From Utricularia gibba (Eukaryota > Plantae > Magnoliophyta), in NCBI GenBank assembly GCA_002189035.1, contig NEEC01000009.1:2108001-2172000 (forward strand): DNA of 64,000 nucleotides. The letters run 5' to 3'. The notes below the pieces were generated by a model. It saw nothing but the letters and a program-made list of their open reading frames with translations. It had not been told where the DNA came from and did not search any database. Position numbers and translations under genes: made by a program. Position 1 is the stretch's first letter. Each line of letters begins with the position of its first letter. This document shows, one piece after another, positions 13,587 through 25,626 of the stretch.

Positions 13587-14431
13587 CTAAGCAAGGTAGA
13601 AGATATCATCAGTCATCAGAAGAATGTACTGCAAGATCCTCAGAGGCATGTCCTTGAAAACCAGGGGAGGAAACTTAAGCTCTCTAACCCTAGTTGAAGC
13701 CTCTCTTGACATTTTGCTCACACCCACCTTCCTGTACAAATAGACATCTCTCTTTGACATCCTTTTACAGCCACTGTAAGTTGTGAAAAGAGTCCATCCC
13801 CTTCCAAGCATAGCCTTAGAAAACCCATCCATTGACTCAATTCTTTCACCAGTGTGGGTAGCAAAGAGTGAGAGTGAAGTGCAGTACCAGTTATTATTCC
13901 TCAATGTCTCATTTTTCTCAACTGGGCTGCGGTTTTTCCTCAAGAAAGCCAGCTTGAAGTACCCCCTTGACAGATTGACGAACAGTCGGAGGTGGGAAAG
14001 TGAAGCCGTGGCGAAAGAAGGAAACGGGAGTGGAACGGCGTCGCTTGGCAAGGACCAAGTACACAGAGATGAAGTAGAGAAAGAAAACGTTGGGAGCTGT
14101 GAAGAAGAAGAAGCAGAAGATTCACATAAGAAGAGTGAAGATGAGGAGGATGAAGTCGAGTTTGGCCACGAAAATACGATGTGCGATAAAGATGGGTTGG
14201 GTTGGAGGTCCATCCCGAGGTCTCTGGAAATGGAAGCGAGCCGATACGTGTCTCGAACGAACTCCAGCGTCGGAGTGAAGATTATCAAGGGAACTCTGGT
14301 TCTGGAACCAGTGATTCCGATGGGGTTTGGTCATCTTCGTCGAGATCATCGCGGTGGATGTGGAAGGAAAAGGGGTTCGTGGAAACCCGGCTACCGGAAA
14401 CCAAAGAGCGAACCAGTTTCAGAGGAAACAT
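13587..14431 (-). CDS. Uncharacterised conserved plant protein (single exon); 1-nt frameshift near 14289
   Basis: ATG at 14431 gives MFPLKLVRSLVSG...DDLDEDDQ...PEFP. Adding one base at TTC CC[+]T TG joins it to LIIFTPTLEFVRDTYRLASISRDLGMDLQPNPSLSHIVFSWP...VRELKFPPLVFKDMPLRILQYILLMTDDIFYLA* (846 nt = 281 aa). I recall these N- and C-terminal blocks from unannotated angiosperm proteins; not verified. Confidence 0.75.
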
Positions 14432-15676
14432 CCCGGCAACCTGTTACAGTGGGGGAGGGAGAAAGAAAGACAGCAGCCGCAGGCGCTTTGCAGTGTTGCC
14501 TTCTTCGCATTTGCATATTCTATTTTCCAAACTATACATATGAAGCCTAGAAATCATCTGAAATAATATTTTGCTATGCATGCAGGTGCAAGACATTACA
14601 GAGGAAGAGTACGGAAACCGGGATGGATTATCAGACCATTGAAATGAAAACCAAAGATAGGAAGAGTGGGGTGAGGAAAGTCATTCTTACCCTCCGTCTT
14701 CACATGGCAGAGACCAGCGATCCATGACGTGCACAAAAGCCGGACCAGATTCCGTGGGCTTTTGTCCCGACGTGACCTCTGGAATCGTCTCGGGTTCTTG
14801 ACACCAGGGCCGCCCTTGGCATCATGACTAGCTTGACACGTGGCCAGGCCAATCAGTATCACCTTTCTGCATCTGTTTCTTTAACATAATTAACTGGGCT
14901 CTCTCTACGGATGTGTGTGTGAACCAGGCTGGGGGGGCACCCCGCGGCGATTATTGACGTGCGCCTATTTTTTTTTGAATTGGTCTCCTGGAATGGCTGC
15001 GGCTGCTCCTCTCACGTTATGGGTACAGGGAACTGTTGCGAGACTGCGTAAAGTTATGATCTTTGTGTGCTCATCACATATGTGTGCCTGCTTGTACCAT
15101 CCTTCAACAAGGGATGCTCAGGATTGTGCTGAATTGGGAGATGTGGGATGCCATTGCGTTCTGGTCGAAGCACGGAATCCTATCCCGTTAGAGGAGCAGG
15201 TACAGCAGCCTTCCTTCTTACTTTGGGAATGGCGATAGTTAGTTTTATCATTGTCCTGTGTGTGGTATGCAGGGGTGTGAAAAGTTTCGATAGTACTCAT
15301 TCATATTCTCTTGTTCTGTGTGACAAAAGAACTAATAAATCTTACATAGTGTGATGTTACAAAGTGCAAGGCCTTATGCTTCAATCTTATAGGGTCAGAG
15401 ACATGGTCACAGCGGCGGCGCCTGAGTCTGACCACAAGATATCATGAACAAGTAAGGCGAACCTATCAAGCCCGACGTTTTTGACTAAAACTCATCATTC
15501 TAGAACTAGCATTAACTGATTCCTAGGTGCAAAACTGAAAGATCTGAGCATCATCGCTGATGTTTATTCTCCGGGGCTTCATGATGATTCATTGATTGGT
15601 GAACCAAGAATCCACTTCTCTGCAACTTAGAGCCAAGCGGAGTTTGATTCCATCCCACTCCCAATCCCATGTTTGA

Positions 15677-16765
15677 TTAGAAAGGCTTCTGCATATAAGC
15701 AAACATGTCTTGGAAAAGAGGGAGCTGATCATTGTACGACATCTGCGATCCAAAAATTTCATCTTGAAATCCATCCAGGTAATTGACCTGCAAATCTAGA
15801 GTACTCTCAAATTCAGACCACTTTGGCTCACTTTGTACCTCCTTGAACTCTGCGGATGGTGCATGCTCGGAGCTACTGGAGTATGTGTTCAGTTTGGGCA
15901 GAGAATCCGACGTTTCAAAATGAAAGGACTCGTTCTTGGGTCGGGTTAAAAGTGTTTGAGGAGCCTGAAGCAGGGGTGATGGATTTATGACTCCATTATT
16001 ATACTGGTGGTACAACTCCATGTTTGGCTTCTGCTCTTCACTATCAGAAAGCTGCAGCTCTCTCTGATTGACGCTGCTGCTGTTTTGATTGTTGTAAATC
16101 TCTAGAGTTCCTTTCTTATTGTATATTCGGCATAGAACCCAGTCATCAAGCTGCCATATTTAGTACAAACATCAGCAACAATCCCAGATTGAAATCAAAG
16201 AACGACTGAATAAGAGTAGAGTTGGTACGTACTCTCAAATTGGTTCTCTTCCCAGCAGATCTATCCACGTTAGCCAAACGGTATTCGTGCATAATCCAAT
16301 TGGTTTTGAAGCCTTTGGGAGCTTTTCCGGCGTAAAAAACAAGCGCCTTTTTTATTCCCAGAGTCTTTGGTTTCCCAACCGGCTTATCAGCTCCGGTGGC
16401 TTTCCAATATCCAGTTCCGGCCGCCCTGTTCGGTCGTGAACCATTCGGATACTTCCGGTCTCTGGGTGAGAAGAAATACCACTCCTTTTCACCGTAAAGC
16501 GCAAACCCTGCAACAGAATCGAAAGGTCAAACCAAAACTCCCACAAAAACAAATTCATCCTCCCAATAACAGAAAAGATTGTTCCAATTACCAGGAAGCT
16601 CCCAGGGATCAAATCTATAGAGATCAATTTCCGCAATTACGGGCGCCTCAATCTTCTGCCCGGCGCACTTCCGGCAAAGGTAATGCTCCACTAGCTCTTC
16701 ATCCGTGGGATGAAACCTGAACCCCGCCGGCAAATTCAACTGCTGCGACTGCGATACCCCTTCAT
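15677..16765 (-). CDS. ATAF1: NAC transcription factor, ATAF subfamily; 1-nt frameshift just after the start codon
   Basis: Exons 16765-16592, 16507-16233, 16150-15677. [91 protein letters not shown], the ATAF motif EVQSEPKW and the end [11 protein letters not shown]. One extra G in the run at 16757-16760 gives [15 protein letters not shown] (924 nt = 307 aa). The symbol marks the subfamily; orthology is unverified. Confidence 0.92.
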
Positions 16766-16812
16766 TTTTTTTCTTTTTTCCCGTCTCCCAACCAAAGAAA
16801 CCCTTACTACCC

Positions 16813-16845
16813 CTTCTTCTTCTTCTTCTTCTTCTTCTTCTTCTT
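16813..16845. repeat. (CTT)11 microsatellite in the NAC 5' leader
   Basis: Eleven perfect CTT copies 48 bp upstream of the NAC ATG (GAA repeat on the sense strand). Confidence 0.95.
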
Positions 16846-17431
16846 TCACTGCACGCGTGCAACCAGAACGAAGATTTTTCAGGGGCGGGGAGTCCGTTTT
16901 ATAGCCCAAGCCTGTGGATGCGGACAAATTACAACACGTGGGTCATTGCATTTTCTGCTACTAAACGTGTTGCCTCTGTGTGGACCCCAGTCAAAATGTC
17001 ATTTGATTATTCAACGCTTATCTTAACTTTTAATTACAGATTTTACCCCTTTACATTTATTTCCATTAGACCAAACGCTTGAATTCCTCCCCATCTCTAC
17101 GACCGACATATGTGTTGCCATTGCTGGGCACCAAATCCCTAGGCCCTTCTTCTTCAACCTTCCTACACTATTAAAAATTCCTCAGGAAAAAAAACCCTAA
17201 AATCCTCACTCCAGAAGCATGCTTTGATCCAAGTGAAAAAACGAGGTGGGATTTAACTATTTTACAAATAAATACTTTTTTCTTTGAAAATTTTTTTGTA
17301 TCTATGCAAAAAGCGGTTACTTTTAGTCTTTTTTTTTTTATTATTGTTTAAATAGATTATGTGAATTTTTATTTGATAGGGGGAAATTGGGAGTAGGGGG
17401 GGCTAGGGTGGGGAGGGTATCAAGTGGGGGC

Positions 17432-17454
17432 GACGTCAATCGCGCGCCACGTGG
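17432..17454. promoter_or_regulatory. ACGT/CGCG cis-element cluster upstream of the NAC gene (C-box, CAMTA-type CGCG, G-box/ABRE)
   Basis: GACGTC 17432-17437, CGCGCG 17441-17446 and GCCACGTGG 17446-17454 within 23 bp, about 670 bp upstream of a gene from a stress-inducible subfamily. Function is inferred. Confidence 0.5.
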
Positions 17455-19069
17455 ACGGTAGGAAAGAGGGGAACTAAAAAAAAAACGTCAGTGCTTACGC
17501 CAAAGTCGGGCGTCGGCTTGTGAGTCAAAGCGGGTTGAGGGCGAGAATCGTGTGCGCGCCGGCCCAGGGTATGCCAAGGACATCATCCTCAGCCAATCCC
17601 CATCATCCGCGTCGGATTTCCAGCTTTCCACACAGAGCTGGGCCGGGGGCTACTCCTCTATTCCCAACCCAATCTCCGCCATCGGATCCGGAGTCACGCC
17701 GCGATTCGATTCGATTCGATCGGTATCCATAAATTCATTTTAAATGGATTTATCAATTCAAGATATTCACTTTCTTCCCGCCTCCGCAGACGCGAACCAG
17801 AAGCAAAAAACGGGGCCGGGGCTAACCCGACTGCGCAGTTAGGGTTGGGGATGGTGGGTCGGGCCGGGTCGGATGGATGGGACCAAGTGAAGGCCCGTTT
17901 AAATACACCCTTCTTCCTCTCTCTATCCCTCTCCCCGCGGCCCGGGTGCATGCTTGTGCTTCAATTCAATGCGTGGGCTGCAAGCTAATATCCCCATATT
18001 ATTTTATTCCGTTTTTTTGGAAAATTATATGAATGTTCAAGCAACAGCAAAACATGTCTTCACCCTTATTTTCAATCCTTGAAAAATCTGTGAATTGTTT
18101 GCACAAGCGATTCGTGTTTTGAAATATTTAATCGTGATTAAATCGTTTATTTTTTTAAAAAATTGGTCATATGATATAAATAAAAATACTTAACCACTTG
18201 TGGATTGAAACCCTTTTTTTTGTTGCGCTTTTGTTTTTCACCTCACGTTTCGTTTTCCTCCCTATCTTTTGTGTATGGGTTTCAATCACCAAGAAAAAGC
18301 ATGGTTTTTTTTTTGTCTTAAAATATTAAATAGTACGAAAATATTTGATAAATTGACGGAGTAAAATTGTTAAATTAAACATGTATTTGAAATCAAAAGC
18401 TTTAAATGACACACAAGCGGCTCAACTCCTCATTTTTATTTATTTTATAAATATTTCATTTCATTAATTGCGACTGATGCTTCTGGTTTCCTACCTCAGG
18501 TTCCATTACAGCGATCTTTTTATATTATTTTATTATTTTGATTTTAAATGTTGTGGATCCACAAATTGTATCATATTGTTGTTATTATTTTAAATAATAA
18601 CATATTTTCCAGGCTGTAAATCGTAGGAGTAAGTGATGGGGTCTCTTTCTGGTGCATTTAAAATACTCGTAGTTTGATGTTGCTGGGTGAAGGCGAACCC
18701 TTGATCTCATCTAACGGCTGCGATTCTCCGGATTTGATCACCATAATCTAACCGTACATCCCGCCGATGCCGTACACGGAGATGGATTCTCCTCACATTA
18801 TTTACTATACTGACAATTTTTCTACTCACATTTTTTACCACATGTAATCTATATATTAATGATAAATTTAATATATTGCACTAAGACAGGCGTATGCATA
18901 GTACAGCTTTGTCGGCACTCAGCGTGGTGGCCCCCCACTCGGATTACTATCTCAACGGCGTCGTTTACTTCTTCTTTTATTACCCTTTTCTTTTCTTTTT
19001 TTTATTTTTCAAGATAACGTCATATATGAAGCCACTATCCACTTAAAAGTTACAAAGCATTAGAATCCG

Positions 19070-19096
19070 AATAATAATAATAATAATAATAATAAT
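19070..19096. repeat. (AAT)9 microsatellite
   Basis: Nine perfect AAT copies. Confidence 0.95.
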
Positions 19097-19836
19097 TCAA
19101 TAACGTGAAGCATGGCGTTTCCGTTCTATAAATAGCACGAGTTCTTTTGTGTTTTTTGTTTACTATTTTAGTATGTACTCTCCCGCCACGTCCAATTAAC
19201 CAGTCTTTTTCTCTCCCCCCTCGTTCTAATTGTGGGGTGGTGGTCCCGATCTCGATCATTTATTTTTAATATAAATATTACATAAAATGAAATTTAGATT
19301 CATAAAAAATCCTTGGATTTGAACAAGTCCCGTGATGGTACAACAGGGCTTAGTGTACGGTTTTCTTATTTTAATATAATACTGAAAATAAATTTAATAG
19401 TAGCTTGCCCCTAGGGAATGCGGACAAATTAATGAGATGGATTGAACTTGGACAGAAAAACGTACTTGTCTGTAGGTGGACATGTGGTCCCCTTCCTAGA
19501 AACTTCCGCGTTCTTATCCTAAAATGCACATATAATTCACATTCTAACATTAAAATATATTGTAATTTGACGCCAGTGTATCCTTATCAGCATATCCTGA
19601 AGATTTTTGTGTGGGTCCCCAGGAGTTTCAAATATTTGGGCGAGAAGAACAATTTAAAAATATATATTTACTTTTATTTTTTTGTATTTTAATCAGGTAT
19701 TTATGAGATTGTAAGTCAAGGCCTATTAGAGAAGCCCAACAGTAAAAGCCCAGAAACTGCCGGACCGTACGGGGGGGGGGGGGTAAATACAGTATTATTT
19801 CTTTTTGTTTTTTTTTTTTTTCCTAAACCCGCTGCG

Positions 19837-20810
19837 ATGGCTTTCACTGCTTTGCGTGTCCTCGTTTTCCAAAATCGCTCTCTGGTCCTCTCGTCACCTT
19901 GTCGGATCTCGCCAAGGCATCAACTGCATTCTCCTCCCCGTGCGGCTTCCTCGATTTCCTTCGGCTTGCTCCGATCAAAGGCGTCGCCGCCGATTAGTGG
20001 TTTGGAAAGAAGGGGTTTCAATATTTCGTTACTCGGGTTAATTCTATCCGTTGCCGGTCCATTGTTTTTCTCCCGAGCTGTGGCTTCGCAGCTTGAGGAA
20101 CTCGATCGATACAGTGATGCTAAACAGGGGTTCACCCTCCTTGTACCCTCTTCTTGGAATAAGGTTTAAGCCGTATCCCTACCGTATAAATGTGAAGCGT
20201 GATATCGTCTTTATGGTTTTATTCCAGCTGTAATTTCTTCAGGTGGATAAGGCAGGGGCTACTGTTTTGTTCGAGGATTCAAACAAGAAAGCCAACAATA
20301 TTGGTGTAGTTGTAAATCCAGCTCGGATTTCTAGTCTTGGAGAATTTGGAAATCCTCAGTTTGTTGCTGACAAGCTTATCGAAGCAGAGAGGCGAAAGGT
20401 CTGAGTCCTACTCTGTTTCATCTTTTATGTGAGTGTCTGCTGTTGATTGAGTCTTCTGATACTGAGGGGAAAGTTAATGTGCCCTGAAAGCAGATATCGC
20501 AAGACTGAATTGATCATGGTGGGGTTAAAGTTCAAGCATCTTGTGTGATTTGCAGGATGGAACAAAAGAAGCAGAGGTGATCTCGGTTTCTGAGAGGAGG
20601 AGCGACAATGGCGTGCAAGTATACGAGTTTGAGTACACTGTGGACAGCACGAGAGGAGGATTGAAGAGGGTCTTCTCTGCTGCGTTTGCACAGTCAATGA
20701 AGCTCTACCTCTTGAACATTTCTTATTCCGATAGCCCTGAGAATCCTCTGGATGTTACAAAGAGAGGAATGCTCCTACAGGTGATGCATTCATTTGACGC
20801 TGCTTCATGA
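19837..20810 (+). CDS. PPD2: PsbP domain-containing protein 2, thylakoid lumen
   Basis: Exons 19837-20163, 20243-20398, 20556-20810 (245 aa). Twin-Arg Tat signal (ERRGF...AVA), then RYSDAKQGFTLLVPSSWNKVDKAGATVLFE...NNIGVVVNP...LGEFGNPQFVADKLIEAERRK...VYEFEYTVDSTRGGLKRVFSAAF. Site II-like AGCCCA motifs lie upstream at about 19734 and 19747. Confidence 0.93.
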
Positions 20811-21096
20811 ACGAGGGGCCTTATCCACCCTTCTTTCCTCGTACCATTCTTTGATTCAGAGACATGGAAATACCAAAAGCAAACTGAATACTCAGCTATT
20901 TATTTCCAGCAAATGTCTTCGGGAAACAAGAGGCATAGAACGATTGATTGATGAACCATGAAACCGTTCTGGAAACATAAACCCTATTACATTTGTCTCT
21001 ATATCTCAGAGGACATCAATCAGCAACTAGTATGAGATGCTGAATGAAGCAGCAAAAGCACTGATCTTCAGTGGCAGTTCAGAGTTCAGAGGTGTA

Positions 21097-23711
21097 TCAA
21101 ATCTTCATTCTCTTAGTGTCACCACTCTCAGGGACATTAAGATCATTCCCATTTTCTCCGTATTCTGCTGGAACAGGGTGTGGATGCCGATGCCGCTGTG
21201 AGGGGGAAAAAAGGGAGAAGAAACCATTCAGTTCACAGGATTGGTACAGTGTCGTAATACATGGTGCTGGAGGTAAATCTTACATTCTCATTGGGCACAA
21301 CTGCGTATCTCTCAGTCGGGCAGATCCCTGATTTTTCTGGCATTATGAACACGCATTTAGTGAGCATGACAAGAATACTAAAGCAGTGAAACCGCACTTC
21401 AAACCTGAAGATATCTCAGCTCGCGAGGCATCTATGTACTGTCCGCTTGATCCATCCAAGCTCAAAGCTTCTATGATCTTCGGAAGATTTCTGCCAAGCA
21501 GCACGAGTTTTACGCATTTTGGTTCCATTGTATCAGTCCCTCTTGTGAATTGAGGATATAGAACTCACCGGTCGACGCAGTCACCGTGACCGAGCTGACC
21601 ATTTGTGCCCCTTCCCCATGAAAACACATTTTGCCTTTCAGTGACAGCAAGTGTGTGCCTCCAACCACATGCGATGTTTACTACTCTCTGATCTCATTTA
21701 AGATTTTTATCAGTTGAAATCCATGAAGGCAACTCTTTCTAAGGGAAAGTGAGAAGTTACAGCACCTGATCAAATGGGAACTTAACCTGCTGTGGTGAGC
21801 AATGATCTACATTGTCACCAACTCCGACTTGTCCAAACTTCATTCAAAACAAGTGTGGTTTTACCATTCCCCTCAAAAAAAGGTAAAATGAGAATGTGTG
21901 AACAAAAATTAACCACTAACCTTGTTCCAGCCCCAACCAAAAAGTTTACCATCCGCTGTCACTGCCATTGTGTGTCTCCAGCCTCCTGAAATCTGGAAAA
22001 CAAAAAATTGTTCGTTGAAGAATCAGATAATGAGCTAGCATTCGCATGTTCAAAGCATCAAACACACTGTTAATGTACTTGAGAAATCTCATGTCCCTGC
22101 AAAGACTCGAGCTTGTGTGGTATTAGATGATCTTCAAAATCCCCATGTCCCAGCTGACCATACTTGCTCCACCCGTAGGTAAACACACTACCAGATGCTG
22201 AGACTGAAATTGTATGCCGCCAACCGCATGCTACCAGAACCATCTTTTCTCCCTGCATCAAGCATTATCACGATGCTGTGGTGCAGAAAAAGACTATTCG
22301 TGGAGTATCATAGATCTAGTTGCCAAACACAGTCATAGGCAACCTTCGAGATGAGAGTATTAACAAACCTGAACAGATGTAACTTTTTCAGGAACCAAGC
22401 GATCAGCTCTGTCGCCTACTCCCAGGTTACCATATCTACCCCACCCCCATCCATAAAGCTCACCGTCTTCTGTTACAGCAGCTGTATGTTCTGCACCGGC
22501 AGCCACCATCTTCACTGCAATACCCTACATGCAACCGAAATGTCCATCCAACTCTCTATGTAATGATCATTGTTATCACCACTCAAACACTCCTTCTCTT
22601 CATGGTACAGATTGAGTGAAGCAAAGGCACCTAAAACTTTGGAATTCAAGAACTGTAAATACCTCGAAAGATTCAATCTTCCTAGGCACTAGAGAATCCT
22701 CTGTACTCCCAAGTCCTAGTTGACCATTTTGGTTCCTCCCCCAACTGCATTGCAGCAAAGGAAAATAGGATCACATGTTTTCAATACCAAGATGTAAATC
22801 AGAAGTTTGTAACATCTTACCTTCGAACTTCACCATCCATTGTCACTGCCAAACAATGGCAATCCCCACATGCGATTTGCTTTATCTTCAGGCCCTGTAA
22901 CGCCTTAATTGGTTGAGGGGAAAACAAGTCACTTGAATTTCCATGCCCTAGCCTCCCAAAATCACCCCTGCAGAATCTTGGAAATGAGAAATAATCTACA
23001 CATAATTAACGAACATGAGGCAATCAATGCATTGCATTAAGCGAAATTACCAGCCCCAGCTATAAACTTGCAGTTGTGATTCTGAAAAAGCGGTTGTATG
23101 ATCAGCTCCGCAAATGACGGCAACGATTTCTTGTCCATCAAGTGCAGTTAACTGAGTCGGGGAAAGCAGATCCTCAGCATCTCCATGCCCCAATTGACCA
23201 TCCTCTCCCCTCCCCCAAGAGCAAACCACGTTACCAGCTGCATTACATTATGTGATCCATCTAAGATCCGTCTTACCTCTCACACACTTTTCAAAAACAA
23301 TGCTGATTTTGAAGGGAATTTGATGCAAGACACTACATGGATCATGTGAAACAATTGACGAAATAACCTGAGATCGCGGGATACTCCTGAATCCCCGTAA
23401 AGGAAAGAGTGAGAAAAGGAAACGTGGAACACTCTCGTCTAATGACAAAAAAATAAAAAAAAAATGCAAAAAGAAACTTCAGCTAGATTTACCATGAGAA
23501 CAAAATCCCAAATGATAAAGCAGCAGATCAAGAAGTTTCAGAGGCACTTTGTCGAACATGTAGGAGACCGAATGAAGAAAAACAACTACTTACAAAGAAG
23601 CGCAACGGAATGACTTGCACCGGCTGAGATGAGTAGCACACGGCGTATGGGACCAGTAACTGCTTCGCTTCCACTACTGCTGCCAGCCTGCGTCACCTCC
23701 ACTCCCGCCAT
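21097..23711 (-). CDS. UVR8: UV-B photoreceptor UVR8 (RCC1-repeat beta-propeller)
   Basis: Twelve exons: 23711-23594, 23237-23051, 22967-22821, 22744-22663, 22524-22369, 22252-22079, 21992-21921, 21837-21766, 21687-21569, 21490-21405, 21336-21284, 21195-21097 (1365 nt = 454 aa). [28 protein letters not shown], all three GWRHT motifs (Trp triad) and the C27 VP motif 'ERYAVVP' are intact. Confidence 0.97.
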
Positions 23712-25069
23712 CTATGTACGTACCCTGAGCTCACTCACAACAGAGGAAAAAAGAAAAGCAGGAGAGTGGAGAAAGATGGGATTTTTATTTTGTGGGTAGA
23801 TGGGTGGATAGATGAGTGGAAAATGAAAGAGATCTGTCCTCCGATTGCATCCAATGAATACACACACACACACACAAACTCTACCGGCGCGCAAAAAAGC
23901 GCAGAGGATATCCTCTGTCACAGTGAACCTACAATAATTGTTAATTTGTCCGTCCCGTTGATCTGCGTTGGTTGCGTTGCCTTCCTCCCAGCTAGCCAGA
24001 GCTAGACTAGCCACGCCAGACCAGGCCATAAAAGCTTCTAGAAATCGGGTAAATTCCAATGGCAGATATGCAAAACCCGGATTACCCAGTGGCGTTTTAG
24101 GCAATGCATCCTTCAGATTTTGAATGAATGTGCCCTGACCTCCTGACCTGCCCCCCTGGCTGTCCGGGAACTGAACCTGAAATTGCCCTGCACCGACCGA
24201 CCTCCCCTCACACCCACTTTTCCGGCCGGTCATTCTATCCTGACACACACAGCTTCAACTTGCATCGATTGTCCTTCACCTGCCTGCGGACTGACTCATT
24301 TTGGTTCCACAATTTTCTCTTACAAGAGGTGTTGGACGCAATTCACTAGATAATAACTTGAAACAAGGTCAGTTCTTTCTGATGCTTCGTGTAGACAAGA
24401 GCACCTCTAAATTTGTGTTAGAGCACTGACATCATTTTTTATTTGTCAGACAACACTTTTTTAGAAAGTGTTGGTGCAGGGCACCTGTTTCATTTCTCAA
24501 AATTATATTAATACTGAAATTTAGTTTTAATAATTTATTATAAGTATTATAAATAATTCAAATTTTATAAAACTAAAAATACAAAAAATAGGTATTATTT
24601 GTGAGCATTTTTAATTAATTTTATTATAAATTTGTTGTCTAAGTTTTCAAAAATTGGAAAAATTATTAATAGAGAAATTGTTTTGAAGATCTAATTTCAA
24701 AAGAAATTACAATATATCTAATTTGTACAATTTAATAAAATAATATTACAATAAAAAATAAAATAAGAATTTCATATTCAAATAACCAAATACCTATCTA
24801 AAAGTATTCATATCTATCTATAAGTTTAATTCAAATTGCATTATAGGAATTAGAAAAAAAAAGATTCTTTTGAATCATTATTATTATTCAATATTAATTC
24901 AATTAATAAAAAATTGATGAAAAATATTGTTTAACAAAAGTTTGATTTGTTTTAATTTAACATGAGTACATAGGAATTTTAAAATTAAATTAAATTAATT
25001 TTTTAATTTAAAATTTTTATTTAATCATTTTAAATTAAAAAAAATAAAATAAATCTAAAGGTGTCAATA

Positions 25070-25269
25070 AGCAGTAAAGAATAATGCTCATTCAATTAAA
25101 TATAATGGTTTACTTAAATAAACAATAAAGAACAATACTTATTTAATAATAAAGGGTAAAGAATAACATCTATTAAATAATAAATATTAAAGAATAATAT
25201 TTACTCAATAATAAAGGATAAAGAATAACTCTTATTCAAAAATAAAGGGTAAATAATAATACTCATTTT
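25070..25269. repeat. Degenerate ~31-bp AT-rich minisatellite inside the MULE (5-6 copies)
   Basis: Units start at 25120, 25151, 25182, 25213 and 25244 (e.g. AAAGGGTAAAGAATAACATCTATTAAATAAT, AAAGGATAAAGAATAACTCTTATTCAAAAAT), with an offset copy near 25070; shared core TAAAGAATAA. Confidence 0.8.
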
Positions 25270-25626
25270 AATCTAACAGTTATTCAAACAATCAAATTAA
25301 ATATTCATGTGACTTATATATATAAACCATGATTAATGTTATACAAAATTTATTTACATTCAACACTTGATAGATAAAAAAAAATACATATCTTCTTTTC
25401 AAGTTGTTTTATATTTTTTTTATAAAAGTTTTTAAGAAAAAAACAAACTATTCATAGTTTTTTTTGTGGCTTTTATGTTGCCATATCCCAAGGTCCCTTT
25501 AAGGGCTTACCTACGCCTTTTATGTGCAAATTCTTGTTGAACACATGAAAATAAAAGGCCATGCAACGAAATGGTTCCGTAGCCTACCCACTGAATCCTT
25601 TTTTTTTTCTTTGGAACAGCCTGGTT

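Noticed and set aside
13783-14550. 255-aa + strand ORF (MKRVHPLPS...)
   Set aside because: Antisense shadow of the 13587-14431 gene; its acidic run mirrors the Ser codons on the other strand.
15351-15510. Box C/D snoRNA-like motifs (TGATG...CTGA on either strand)
   Set aside because: Imperfect boxes, no convincing terminal stem and no recognisable rRNA guide; expected by chance.
18710-18960. MSA-like motifs TCTAACGGCT and CTCAACGGCG
   Set aside because: Only two, 240 bp apart, with no G2/M gene adjacent; such motifs are common in plant promoters.
23712-24349. 178-aa and shorter ORFs immediately upstream of UVR8
   Set aside because: Low-complexity translations of leader and promoter sequence, including an (AC)n tract; no domain.
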